From Pectobacterium phage Koroua, in sequence record PQ008972.1: a stretch of DNA of 32,000 nucleotides; one strand, 5' to 3'. Numbering within the stretch: the first letter of the stretch is position 1; every line of letters starts with the position of its first letter. Positions 1 to 8,179 of the stretch are shown here, piece after piece. The notes beneath the pieces were generated by a model. It was not told where the DNA came from. It searched no databases and worked only from the letters and a program-made list of their open reading frames with translations. The position numbers were made by a program, and so were the translations under genes.

Positions 1-183
1 ATGTTCCCCACTTTCCCCACAAACGCACTCAGGCCAGTAACGACGCGGGTTTCAGCGTGGGGAAACCACTTCCCCACAAATCGATTTGTGGGGACCCCAA
101 AGAGTACAAAATTTAATCAATGCACAATAATGGTGCAAATAGTTAACTTTTAATTGTTATTAATTTGTTAAATCATCAGCCAT

Positions 184-211
184 TGAATAACACCTAAATA
201 GTGATAAAATG
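184..211 (+). promoter_or_regulatory. Candidate sigma70-like promoter upstream of terS
   Basis: TTGAAT (184-189), 16-bp spacer, TAAAAT (206-211); followed by GGAG-like SD and the ATG at 241 or the track start at 232. Confidence 0.4.
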
Positions 212-231
212 GGTAAAGTTAAAACTCAGGA

Positions 232-732
232 GTGATAGTTATGGAAGGTGAACAGGTAACGCACGTTGTTAAGCGCGGAGTCGGCAGGCCAACACTGTAT
301 GATGAGTCAATGCCGGAACGAATTATCTCGTATTTCGATATCGATACGGATGATTACATCAAGCACAATTTCACTACAGCTGAAAAGAGCAACTACAGAC
401 TGTTGGTTAACAATATGCCGTCGATAATGGGTTTCTGTCGGTCAGTCGGTGTAGATAAATCGACATTGTATCGATGGATTGATGCGCACCCAGAATTTAG
501 CCGTGCTTACATGCATGCGCGGGATCTTTACGAGGACATGATTGTGAAGATCGGCATCGCCTGCAACGGTTCGTTCCCTGTGTTTTTCCTAAAATGTAAT
601 TTCGGTTGGCGTGATAACGAAGAAATCATTCAGAAAGAGCAGGCCAAAGCGGTTCGCATGAAGATAGTTTCAGAACGCAAAGACGGTGAGACTAAAGAAC
701 CAGGTGAAGCTGTAGAGTGGGGTGACGACTAA
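232..732 (+). CDS. terS: Phage terminase small subunit
   Basis: 166-aa ORF just upstream of the packaging/head module; HTH-like N-terminus (SVGVDKSTLYRWIDAHPEFSRAYMHARD) typical of TerS. The first ATG matching the SD is at 241. Confidence 0.75.
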   Translation: MIVMEGEQVTHVVKRGVGRPTLYDESMPERIISYFDIDTDDYIKHNFTTAEKSNYRLLVNNMPSIMGFCRSVGVDKSTLYRWIDAHPEFSRAYMHARDLYEDMIVKIGIACNGSFPVFFLKCNFGWRDNEEIIQKEQAKAVRMKIVSERKDGETKEPGEAVEWGDD

Positions 733-977
733 TGGCTCACGTTAAAGACATACGCAAGATTATTGGGCAATACCCTGACTATCGCTGTTTCTGTTCAATG
801 CAGAACGGGAGCAACGTGCGCGTAACAATCGTAAAAGGAGCTACAGCCAGGAGTATGGATCATGGTGAGCGAATATATCAAAAAGTGTTCGAAAGGCCGT
901 GGCGTGTGGCTGGTGAGGATTTAGAAGACATCGAAACTATGATGCTGAGAATCAGCGTTCGCGGGGATGGAAAATAA
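732..977 (+). CDS. Hypothetical phage protein
   Basis: 81-aa ORF overlapping the terS stop (TAATG), consistent with translational coupling. Confidence 0.55.
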   Translation: MAHVKDIRKIIGQYPDYRCFCSMQNGSNVRVTIVKGATARSMDHGERIYQKVFERPWRVAGEDLEDIETMMLRISVRGDGK

Positions 978-1074
978 TACATATATATCTATTGCGTTAT
1001 ACCCTCACTGTGTTATAGTTAATCACATAGGGCGGTGATGGCGCCGACGACAATAACTGAATGAGGGTAAGAGG

Positions 1075-1209
1075 ATGAATACTGAATCGATGAAAGAAAT
1101 TATCGCAAAACTTTTAGAAGATGCGCGCCGCATTCAAGAGATTGAGCCGAACGCAGGAACAGAGCAACGCATAAAAGAGGCGGTGGCGCTGCTGAATAAC
1201 GCTGAGTGA
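1075..1209 (+). CDS. Small hypothetical protein (MNTESMKEIIAKLLEDARRIQEIEPNAGTEQRIKEAVALLNNAE)
   Basis: 44-aa ORF with SD-like GAGGGTAAGAGG upstream; too short for the supplied track. Confidence 0.5.
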   Translation: MNTESMKEIIAKLLEDARRIQEIEPNAGTEQRIKEAVALLNNAE

Positions 1210-1265
1210 CTTCACCATGCGCCTATTCGTGGGCGCATGAATGAGTTCACTAACGGGGTAGTAGC

Positions 1266-1481
1266 ATGATTGCTGAAATTATCATTTTAATCTGGTTGCT
1301 GTGGTTCTGCTGGTCTGTCGTACACCTGATCATGAATCGTGATGGCACGCACGATGATTGGGATAATATGCGGTATCGGATGCTGTTCGCGCTGATTGGC
1401 GTTGTGTCGTGGTTCGGGTTTTCATCGGCAGCTATCGCAACTCAGGCGGTAATAAAATTAATTGGGTCAATGCATGGGTGA
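1266..1481 (+). CDS. Small membrane protein, unknown function
   Basis: 71 aa with two hydrophobic segments (IIILIWLLWFCWSVVHLI; MLFALIGVVSWFGFSSAAIA). Confidence 0.5.
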   Translation: MIAEIIILIWLLWFCWSVVHLIMNRDGTHDDWDNMRYRMLFALIGVVSWFGFSSAAIATQAVIKLIGSMHG

Positions 1482-1635
1482 TATCATTAAGGTTTTATCC
1501 ATCGTATGGATGCTAATGGTTTTCTTTGCTGTATTCAGAATAAAAAGTTACACGTTGTCTGAATGCATAATAGGTTTTATTGTTGTTGGGTTAGTTCCGA
1601 TAGCAATAATAAAATTAGGATGGATGTTGTTATGA
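1474..1635 (+). CDS. Small membrane protein overlapping the preceding ORF
   Basis: 53-aa ORF MGDIIKVLSIVWMLMVFFAVFRIKSYTLSECIIGFIVVGLVPIAIIKLGWMLL starting inside the 3' end of the previous ORF; two hydrophobic stretches. Confidence 0.4.
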   Translation: MGDIIKVLSIVWMLMVFFAVFRIKSYTLSECIIGFIVVGLVPIAIIKLGWMLL

Positions 1636-1666
1636 GGATTCCATTGCATGAACCGATGGTTTAATC

Positions 1667-1981
1667 ATGAACGTTAGCGCCAGATCCTATCTGTGGGCGT
1701 ATTTCAAAACTCACAATAGGGCTACGTTCGCAACGCTGAGGAATCATCTATCTCAGTTCGGTTTGGAGAAAAACCATCTTTCATTTGCTCTTCATGAAAT
1801 GATGCGTAACGGTGAGTTAATTCGTGTTGGTCAGAAATGGGATTCTCAATACGTCCCGTCTGATTATATGAAATCAGAATTCAAGAAAGGGAATCATACT
1901 AGCAAAGGAAATAGAGAGCCGATTAGTCCATCAATCAGGTTATTCGATCAGCTATTAATGGGGGTTAGGCGTGGGAAATAA
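1667..1981 (+). CDS. Hypothetical protein, possible winged-helix/HTH
   Basis: 104 aa; AYFKTHNRATFATLRNHLSQFGLEKNHLSFALHEMMRNGELIRVG resembles a winged-helix fold. Confidence 0.5.
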   Translation: MNVSARSYLWAYFKTHNRATFATLRNHLSQFGLEKNHLSFALHEMMRNGELIRVGQKWDSQYVPSDYMKSEFKKGNHTSKGNREPISPSIRLFDQLLMGVRRGK

Positions 1982-2348
1982 CACAGAACAGATGCGCAGT
2001 GAGTTTGAACAATATTGGGAGAAGAAGCACGGAGGAGAACCATATAAGGGATGGGGATATTGGCGCCAAGTTGGTGGTTATCGTAGGGATACTGATAATC
2101 TCCATGAGATGTGGGTGATATGGAAAGACAGCCGTGCGGCGCTGGTCGTTGATTTGCCTGAGCCACACGCACACCTCATCTGGATTCAGGCAGGTAGCGG
2201 GCCTGATGATTATTGGGATGACGTAGAGGTTTCCCGCAATAAAGAGGATAAGTGCTGCGACGGTTCCGACAGATATCGAGTTTACTCTGAGTTTGAAGTA
2301 TCAGATATGATCCGCGCAGCCGGAATAACAGTGAAGGATAATCAATGA
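1971..2348 (+). CDS. Hypothetical phage protein
   Basis: 125-aa ORF overlapping the previous stop; acidic/aromatic-rich. Confidence 0.5.
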   Translation: MGNNTEQMRSEFEQYWEKKHGGEPYKGWGYWRQVGGYRRDTDNLHEMWVIWKDSRAALVVDLPEPHAHLIWIQAGSGPDDYWDDVEVSRNKEDKCCDGSDRYRVYSEFEVSDMIRAAGITVKDNQ

Positions 2349-2419
2349 AACTGCACAACGACACTAAATTCGCACTCGCCATCGCACTGGTATTCCTGAT
2401 TTGCGGGATCGTGTGGTAG
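2345..2419 (+). CDS. Very small membrane peptide (MKLHNDTKFALAIALVFLICGIVW)
   Basis: 24-aa ORF overlapping the preceding stop (ATGA); single hydrophobic segment. Confidence 0.3.
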   Translation: MKLHNDTKFALAIALVFLICGIVW

Positions 2420-2450
2420 CATTGCCCTAAGTCAATCATGGGGCAATTGC

Positions 2451-4715
2451 ATGTCATTTTTTCCAGACATCGGAACTACTCGTTCAAACCAACAAAGACT
2501 CGGTGATGACGCCGAGTCGTTCATCGATCTGACATTAACCCCTCCGCAGGAAGAATTTTTACATTTGTCTTGCAAACACCCTGCTTTTGTGGCTGGGTTC
2601 GGTTGCGTACACCCACACACGAAGGTGTACACCGAAGACGGGCTTATGCGTATTTGCGACATAAAGCCGCTAACTCGCGTTCTAAGTTGGAATGAGACAA
2701 ATCAAAGATTCCAGCTTTCGTTAAGTGGCGGTTCGTACCCAAAAGGTAAGGCGAATCTGCACCGAGTATCAACACCGTCAGGAGAATTTCTCGCAACCGA
2801 GCATCACCATTCTTTTTCATCCGATCATAAGTATGTATCGGTGGGGTCATTGCACGCAGGTGATTCGATAGCTGTAGTTTCCTCACTCCAGCAGATGACC
2901 ACGAAGGAACTTGACCGCTTATTGTCTTCCTTAGATGTTCAGCGTTACTCTGAAACAGATGCAAATTATCTGGTGCGTTATGTAACCGAAGCCCGTCTAC
3001 ATGGTCTACAACTTCTGACGGCAGGAGATATCGACCAATCTTATCTTCCATCACCAGACGATGCTCATAGATTATCTTTCCTGGGCGATTTTGCCGATGC
3101 CTTGCGTGAGGGTGGCAAGCTGGCGCGGAAACTATCGCGTAACCGTCGCGGTCAATATTGCGACCACCGTTCCAAGAGCCATTTTCTGCGCCGGACGCCG
3201 AACCCTGCTTGCGGCGCGGCAGGTCAAATTTCAACATCACTTCCTGAACATATTTCTGGCTGTCACCGCACAACTGCGCAATCTCACGCGATGATCGATG
3301 GCCGTTGCAGTATTGAGCAACATTCTTCTGACGATTATTCATTCGTGCATTCCTTATCTGATGATGAGGTTGTTAGTATAACGGATTCGGGAGAGGAAGT
3401 TTATTGGGATATGCAGGTTTTAGGCACGAATAATTACGTGACTGAGGGCGGGCATATCCATCACAACACTGGCAAATCACAGACCATGACCGTTAGCGCG
3501 GTAATTGACGCGATGGAGGGAGGAGCGGATAGTGTGATAGCCATTCTGGAGCCGACTTGGGATTTGTGCAAAATGATTGCCATCCCACGCATAGAAATGA
3601 TCCTGAACGACCTTGGCATTCGCTACAAAGTCAATAAATCCGATAAGATGATCTACACGTCACACGGCGGAATGGGTGACTTTCTGCTGCGGTCAATGAA
3701 CAACCCTGAAACACTCGTCGGTTGGGAAGCGTGGCGCTCACATTGCGATGAGATAGATACGCTCAAAAAGGATGATGCGAAAGCCGTCTGGATGGCGATG
3801 ATTGCCCGAACCCGTAAAAAATTGAGCGATGTGGAGTCATTCGAGTGGTTGCCGGAACGCCCAATGAACCGGATCAGCGCATACTGTACGCCAGAGGGTT
3901 TCAATTTCATGTACGGAAGGTGGGCGAAAGACAAGGAGCGCAGCGCAAAGGCTGGATACCTGATGATTCAGGCTGGAACGCACACCAACCCGTTTCTGCC
4001 AGATGATTATCTGTCAACGCTACGCGCCAGCTATGACGATAAACGCTTCAATGCCTATGCGAATGGCCTTTTTGTCAACCTCAAGGGCGGCACGGTATAT
4101 CACTCATTTGACCGGAAGCTTAACGGATGCAACACAGAAATAGCACCAGGCGAAGAATTGTTCGTTGGTCAGGATTTCAACGTGAACAAAATGGCCACGG
4201 TGATATACGTCAAGCGATGGGGTGATGACGGGCTGGAAGAGGCACACGCCGTGGCAGAGATCCCAAAAGGTGTGGACACGCCGGACGTTATCACTAAGCT
4301 GAAAGAGCGATACATTGACATTCCCGTGCCTCATCATATCAACATTTACCCTGATGCCAGCGGAAAGAACACTAGCAGCAAATCAGCATCAGAATCTGAT
4401 GTCGGAATGCTGGAACAGGCTGGGTTCACGGTGCATGTGCATGGGGCTAACCCGAGGGTCAGGGATCGGGTCATTAGCATGAATACGATGATATGCGATG
4501 CAAATGGCAGACGCAGGCTGCTTGTCAATGAAAAAAATTGCCCCAACTTCTGCGATTGTCTGGAACAGCAGATCTACGGGGAAAATGGTGAGCCAGACAA
4601 GAAAGGCGGGAAGGATCATATGAACGATGCGGGTGGCTATCCAATCGTTTACAGATTCCAGATCATGCGTGATATGATTCATGACACATCATTCAAAATA
4701 TCGTTCAGCAGGTAA
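2451..4715 (+). CDS. terL: Terminase large subunit precursor interrupted by an intein in Walker A
   Basis: 754 aa. Walker A is split as VAGFG / (intein) / TGKSQT. ATPase and nuclease-type regions follow (DFNVNK..., YPDASGKN, KDHMNDAGGYP). Removing 288 aa leaves a 466-aa TerL. Confidence 0.9.
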   Translation: MSFFPDIGTTRSNQQRLGDDAESFIDLTLTPPQEEFLHLSCKHPAFVAGFGCVHPHTKVYTEDGLMRICDIKPLTRVLSWNETNQRFQLSLSGGSYPKGKANLHRVSTPSGEFLATEHHHSFSSDHKYVSVGSLHAGDSIAVVSSLQQMTTKELDRLLSSLDVQRYSETDANYLVRYVTEARLHGLQLLTAGDIDQSYLPSPDDAHRLSFLGDFADALREGGKLARKLSRNRRGQYCDHRSKSHFLRRTPNPACGAAGQISTSLPEHISGCHRTTAQSHAMIDGRCSIEQHSSDDYSFVHSLSDDEVVSITDSGEEVYWDMQVLGTNNYVTEGGHIHHNTGKSQTMTVSAVIDAMEGGADSVIAILEPTWDLCKMIAIPRIEMILNDLGIRYKVNKSDKMIYTSHGGMGDFLLRSMNNPETLVGWEAWRSHCDEIDTLKKDDAKAVWMAMIARTRKKLSDVESFEWLPERPMNRISAYCTPEGFNFMYGRWAKDKERSAKAGYLMIQAGTHTNPFLPDDYLSTLRASYDDKRFNAYANGLFVNLKGGTVYHSFDRKLNGCNTEIAPGEELFVGQDFNVNKMATVIYVKRWGDDGLEEAHAVAEIPKGVDTPDVITKLKERYIDIPVPHHINIYPDASGKNTSSKSASESDVGMLEQAGFTVHVHGANPRVRDRVISMNTMICDANGRRRLLVNEKNCPNFCDCLEQQIYGENGEPDKKGGKDHMNDAGGYPIVYRFQIMRDMIHDTSFKISFSR
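2604..3467 (+). mobile_element. Intein in TerL (in-frame, 288 aa)
   Basis: Cys1 at 2604-2606 (FG|CVHPHTKVYTEDGLMRICDIK), block-B-like ATEHHHSF, IntC EVVSITDSGEEVYWDMQVLGTNNYVTEGGHIHHN ending 3467, +1 Thr of TGKS; exact excision restores AGFGTGKS. Confidence 0.92.
2644..3342 (-). CDS. HNH homing endonuclease encoded antisense inside the TerL intein
   Basis: 232-aa ORF. N-terminal HTH-like NGHRSSREIAQLCGDSQKYVQEVM, then NGSWNGGRNIDRDGY, EHRLVMEDKIGRYLLPSEVVDHVDGLRLHNAPDNLHLFQSNAEHL (HNH core at about 2917-3144). SD-like TAAGGA (complement of 3351-3356) 8 nt before the ATG. Confidence 0.88.
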   Translation of the reverse strand: MNNRQKNVAQYCNGHRSSREIAQLCGDSQKYVQEVMLKFDLPRRKQGSASGAENGSWNGGRNIDRDGYAIVSAPACHPHARHRQNRPGKIIYEHRLVMEDKIGRYLLPSEVVDHVDGLRLHNAPDNLHLFQSNAEHLRKTISGQVPSWSSAGVRKLQLSNHLRAMTPPIHTYDRMKKNGDARLREILLTVLILGADSPYLLGTNRHLTKAGIFDLSHSNLERELAALCRKYA

Positions 4716-4718
4716 AAA

Positions 4719-6167
4719 ATGGCTATTGCAAATGTCGATACGCAACACCCGCTATACAAGCAATTTCAGCCGGAATACAAACTGGTTTCTCGCTGCGTTC
4801 GCGGGCAGCGTGAGATTGTAAAGCACGCGACTGAATACGTCCCACGGCCGGAAGGTTGGAGCGATGCACGATTCAGGAATTTCCTGATGCGTGGCTGCTT
4901 TATGAATGCGACGGCCAGGACATTGCAGGCGCTGATAGGTATTGCGTTTGCGAAAGCGCCAGCGGTTCAAATATCAGGGTTCGATTATCTGATTGAGGAT
5001 TGCAACGGGAAAGGCCAGCATATTTCGTTATTGGCGCGCGATCTGCTGTCTGAAACGCTAAAGACGGCGCGATGCGGTATATTCACTGACTACACAGGCA
5101 TGGTTGAAGATGGGGAGCAGAAAGTCGCTACGCAGGGTCGCGTAGTGCTGCGTGCGTTCATGGCTGAGCAGATTATCAACTGGCGTGTAGTTGATGGTCG
5201 GCTGAAACTCTTGGTATTGAAATATACTGAGCAGACAGAAACCGCAGATGATGACTTCGAAAACTATTTCGTCACTAAGTGGATCGAGTTGCGCATGGTT
5301 GACGGGGTTTGTCATTACCGCATCTGGAAATTCAGCATCAGCACCCCACTAGGCGAGGCGGCAATGGTGGGTAACCAGGCTACGCAGGTGACGGCATTAA
5401 TACCGATGAGAGACAAAGGCGGCGCAGGGCTTGATCATATTCCGTGGTCGTGGTGCGGCAGTGAAAATAATGATGAGATACCGGATATCCCGCCGCTGGG
5501 TGATATAGCATACCTTAACATTGGGCATTTTATCGCCGATCTTGATATGTGCGATGCGGCCTGCATTGCAGGGCAACCAACGATTGCGGTTGCTGGGCTT
5601 ACTGAAGTGTGGGCATCAAAATTCTATAAAAATGGCGTTAAAATTGGTGGGCAGGAGGGATTGTTACTGCCCACTGGAGGATCTCTTGAAATCGTACAGG
5701 CCAATGAAACAAACGCATCCAGCAAAATCTGTGAGGTGCGAGAAACGCAGATGGCTAAGCTGGGCGCACGTATCATTGAGCGGCAGGCAGGGACACGCAC
5801 GGCCACACAAGCTACTGGAGAGGCGCAAACGGATAACTCGATCCTTGCTCAGTGTGCAGGAAACGTTGAAATGTGCATCAACCGCGCATTAGTCGAAGCT
5901 GAGCATTTTGTCACTTCCGGCGTTGGTTCCATCACAATCAACAAGGTCTACACGCCAGCAACATTCGATAGTCAAGGCCTGGTCACGATTATGGCGGCGG
6001 TTCAGTCGAACCTGGTCACGATTGAGGACTTTGTGCGCTGGACTCAGAACGCTTCTATTGCTGACTCAAACGAGACAGTGGAAATGATTATTGGCAGGCT
6101 GAAAGCTCAGAAAGAAATGGCTAACGCCGTGGGCGGTGGGGTTGATGATAATGATCAAGTCAGCTAA
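4719..6167 (+). CDS. Phage portal protein (DUF4055-like)
   Basis: 482 aa directly downstream of terL; motif content (CMQ-type N-terminus, LLSETLKTARCGIFTDYTG...) and gene order. Confidence 0.8.
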   Translation: MAIANVDTQHPLYKQFQPEYKLVSRCVRGQREIVKHATEYVPRPEGWSDARFRNFLMRGCFMNATARTLQALIGIAFAKAPAVQISGFDYLIEDCNGKGQHISLLARDLLSETLKTARCGIFTDYTGMVEDGEQKVATQGRVVLRAFMAEQIINWRVVDGRLKLLVLKYTEQTETADDDFENYFVTKWIELRMVDGVCHYRIWKFSISTPLGEAAMVGNQATQVTALIPMRDKGGAGLDHIPWSWCGSENNDEIPDIPPLGDIAYLNIGHFIADLDMCDAACIAGQPTIAVAGLTEVWASKFYKNGVKIGGQEGLLLPTGGSLEIVQANETNASSKICEVRETQMAKLGARIIERQAGTRTATQATGEAQTDNSILAQCAGNVEMCINRALVEAEHFVTSGVGSITINKVYTPATFDSQGLVTIMAAVQSNLVTIEDFVRWTQNASIADSNETVEMIIGRLKAQKEMANAVGGGVDDNDQVS

Positions 6168-7266
6168 TCAGAAACTTGCGGATCGGCTAATCGGTCATCA
6201 GCTTTTCTTCTCCCGTTTCTCTACGGGAGAGGCTAACAAAATATTGGCGTTACTCAGGAAGGGTGACGTCAGAATCACGATGATGCTAACCGAGGCGCTT
6301 AGGGAGTCTGAAGCAAACGCGCTTAACTGGAATCAGGCTAGATTGAACGCCATTAAGCGCGGAATCAAGGATTCGATATTTTCCGTTTACGAACAGGCTT
6401 TCGGACAGCTGCGAGCTGATTTTGCAGCCATAGCAGGTAATGAGGCGGCTTTCTATTCTGGCGCGATTGCTGCGTCAATACCAAGTGCCGCAGCCAGCTT
6501 GTATCCTGTCGTTTCCGTCACTGCTGAGCAGATAGCAGCAGCAGCATTATCGAAACCATTTCAAGGACAGCTGCTGTCTCAGTGGGCTAAATCCGTACCA
6601 ACTAAAGTAGTCGATGCTATCGGTTCGACCGTCCAGCAAGGAATACTTTTAGGCCAATCACACACAGAAATCATCGCCAACGTTCGCGGGACATCAGCGA
6701 ATAATTATCAGAATGGATTGTTGGCACGTCAGCGTAACGGGCTGGCCGCAGTTGTGAAAACGGCGACAAATCACATAGCGGCCGAAGCCAGGACATTAAC
6801 CGCGCAGCGCAATAGCGACATCGTCAAGGGCCGCCAGTGGCTATCTACGCTGGACTCACACACAACGACGATGTGCATCATTCGTGACGGTAAACAGTAC
6901 ACAAATGATGATAAGCCGCAGCCGATAGGCCATAAAATACCATACGGGGCTGGGCCAGGTAGGATTCACTTTTGTTGCCGATCAGTTGAAACGCTGATCA
7001 CGAAATCATGGAAAGAGATGGGGATCGATGCTGGCGAGATGGATGTCGGAACCCGCGCAAGCATGAACGGACAGGTAGCCGCCGATATGACTTATTCGCA
7101 GTGGATAGAGCGCCAGCCATACGCCGTAATCGAAAAGGTTTTTGGGGTGACGCGTGCGCAGATGATCCGCGACGGAAAGGTAAATCCGGATGCACTATTC
7201 AATGATAAGGGCGAGTTTCTTTCTCTATCACAATTGCGTGACATCGACATACTACTATCTAGTTGA
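6136..7266 (+). CDS. Minor head / head morphogenesis protein, SPP1 gp7-like (Mu F domain)
   Basis: 376 aa; C-terminal STLDSHTTTMCIIRDGKQY...IPYGAGPGRIHFCCRS signature. Confidence 0.85.
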   Translation: MGLMIMIKSANQKLADRLIGHQLFFSRFSTGEANKILALLRKGDVRITMMLTEALRESEANALNWNQARLNAIKRGIKDSIFSVYEQAFGQLRADFAAIAGNEAAFYSGAIAASIPSAAASLYPVVSVTAEQIAAAALSKPFQGQLLSQWAKSVPTKVVDAIGSTVQQGILLGQSHTEIIANVRGTSANNYQNGLLARQRNGLAAVVKTATNHIAAEARTLTAQRNSDIVKGRQWLSTLDSHTTTMCIIRDGKQYTNDDKPQPIGHKIPYGAGPGRIHFCCRSVETLITKSWKEMGIDAGEMDVGTRASMNGQVAADMTYSQWIERQPYAVIEKVFGVTRAQMIRDGKVNPDALFNDKGEFLSLSQLRDIDILLSS

Positions 7267-7333
7267 CATATAGCCATGCAGATATATAATCACGTAAAGA
7301 GGTTCGCTGTGAACCTCAGTTCGTGAGGTATAG

Positions 7334-7438
7334 ATGCTGCTAATATTGCTTTCTATAGCCATCGGATGGGCAATAACGGCAGGGATGTATATCGGTTTTG
7401 TTTTGTGGCTTGCTAATTCAATTGAGAGGGATAGATGA
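7334..7438 (+). CDS. Small single-pass membrane peptide
   Basis: 34 aa MLLILLSIAIGWAITAGMYIGFVLWLANSIERDR with GAGG SD-like sequence; overlaps the next start (ATGA). Confidence 0.4.
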   Translation: MLLILLSIAIGWAITAGMYIGFVLWLANSIERDR

Positions 7439-7887
7439 AAATTGCGAATATGATTTATTGCGGTGGTTCTACGTGCCATGGTCATGGTGATTATGCTATC
7501 TGTGGAGAAAAACACAGAGAAGGAATTTATCAATGTGATGGCTGCAAGGTTAAGCAGTCATTCACTCAAATACAGGATTTAATCACTGAAAACACCAGAA
7601 TGGCCGATGCATTAATGCAAATTTATAAATGGGATCTTCCTGTCGTAGAGGTTGCAGGTGGTGATGTTATTAGTTATGGATCGGCATATGGTTCTAATGG
7701 TGAACGAGACTTCATGCGCCAAGTTGCTCAGGATGCATTGAGTAATGCAAAGACACCATTCACAGCCGCAATTTCTCGTGAGCTAATGGCGCGGGGTGTT
7801 GAGCTATTTGCAAAAGCCATGCACGCAGACACATCAGAACAGGATGCAATGGATTACGCCCAGCAATTGCGGGAAGGTGGGGTATGA
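7435..7887 (+). CDS. Hypothetical phage protein with Cys-rich N-terminus
   Basis: 150 aa; YCGGSTCHGHGDYAICGEKHREGIYQCDGC suggests a zinc-binding region. Confidence 0.55.
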   Translation: MKIANMIYCGGSTCHGHGDYAICGEKHREGIYQCDGCKVKQSFTQIQDLITENTRMADALMQIYKWDLPVVEVAGGDVISYGSAYGSNGERDFMRQVAQDALSNAKTPFTAAISRELMARGVELFAKAMHADTSEQDAMDYAQQLREGGV

Positions 7888-8087
7888 AATCATTATCACA
7901 AATAGCATACACAGTCGGCGGGATGAAGGTGGGACAATCAATTCCGATTCCGCGTGGTAAAATGATTAACCTTAATTTACAAATCGGATCATCAATATCT
8001 TCTGAACCTGAAGGTGTTAAGCATCAATTCAAAGATGGTAAAGTTTTCATGTATGATCGGAATGATGAATTGAAACGCATCAGATGA
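7884..8087 (+). CDS. Hypothetical protein
   Basis: 67-aa ORF with ATGA overlap to the upstream gene. Confidence 0.45.
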   Translation: MKSLSQIAYTVGGMKVGQSIPIPRGKMINLNLQIGSSISSEPEGVKHQFKDGKVFMYDRNDELKRIR

Positions 8088-8117
8088 TTGACAATCATAA
8101 CCCCAATCGGTAATAAT
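8088..8117 (+). promoter_or_regulatory. Candidate promoter for tRNA and/or capsid genes
   Basis: TTGACA (8088-8093), 18-bp spacer, AATAAT (8112-8117), immediately after the upstream stop codon. Confidence 0.5.
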
Positions 8118-8179
8118 CTAACCGCTTACCCGACAGTGAGAAATCACCGAGCTGGTGAAAGGCCAGCACACATAAATTC

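Noticed and set aside
1266-1635. Holin/lysis cassette
   Set aside because: The two small membrane ORFs have no adjacent endolysin or Rz-like genes in the window; function left unassigned.
3061-3294. 77-aa plus-strand ORF inside the TerL intein region
   Set aside because: Third overlapping frame through the HNH gene complement; no recognisable motif, likely an incidental open frame.
5521-5892. 123-aa plus-strand ORF within the portal gene
   Set aside because: Out-of-frame overlap with a well-supported portal CDS; no domain-like content.
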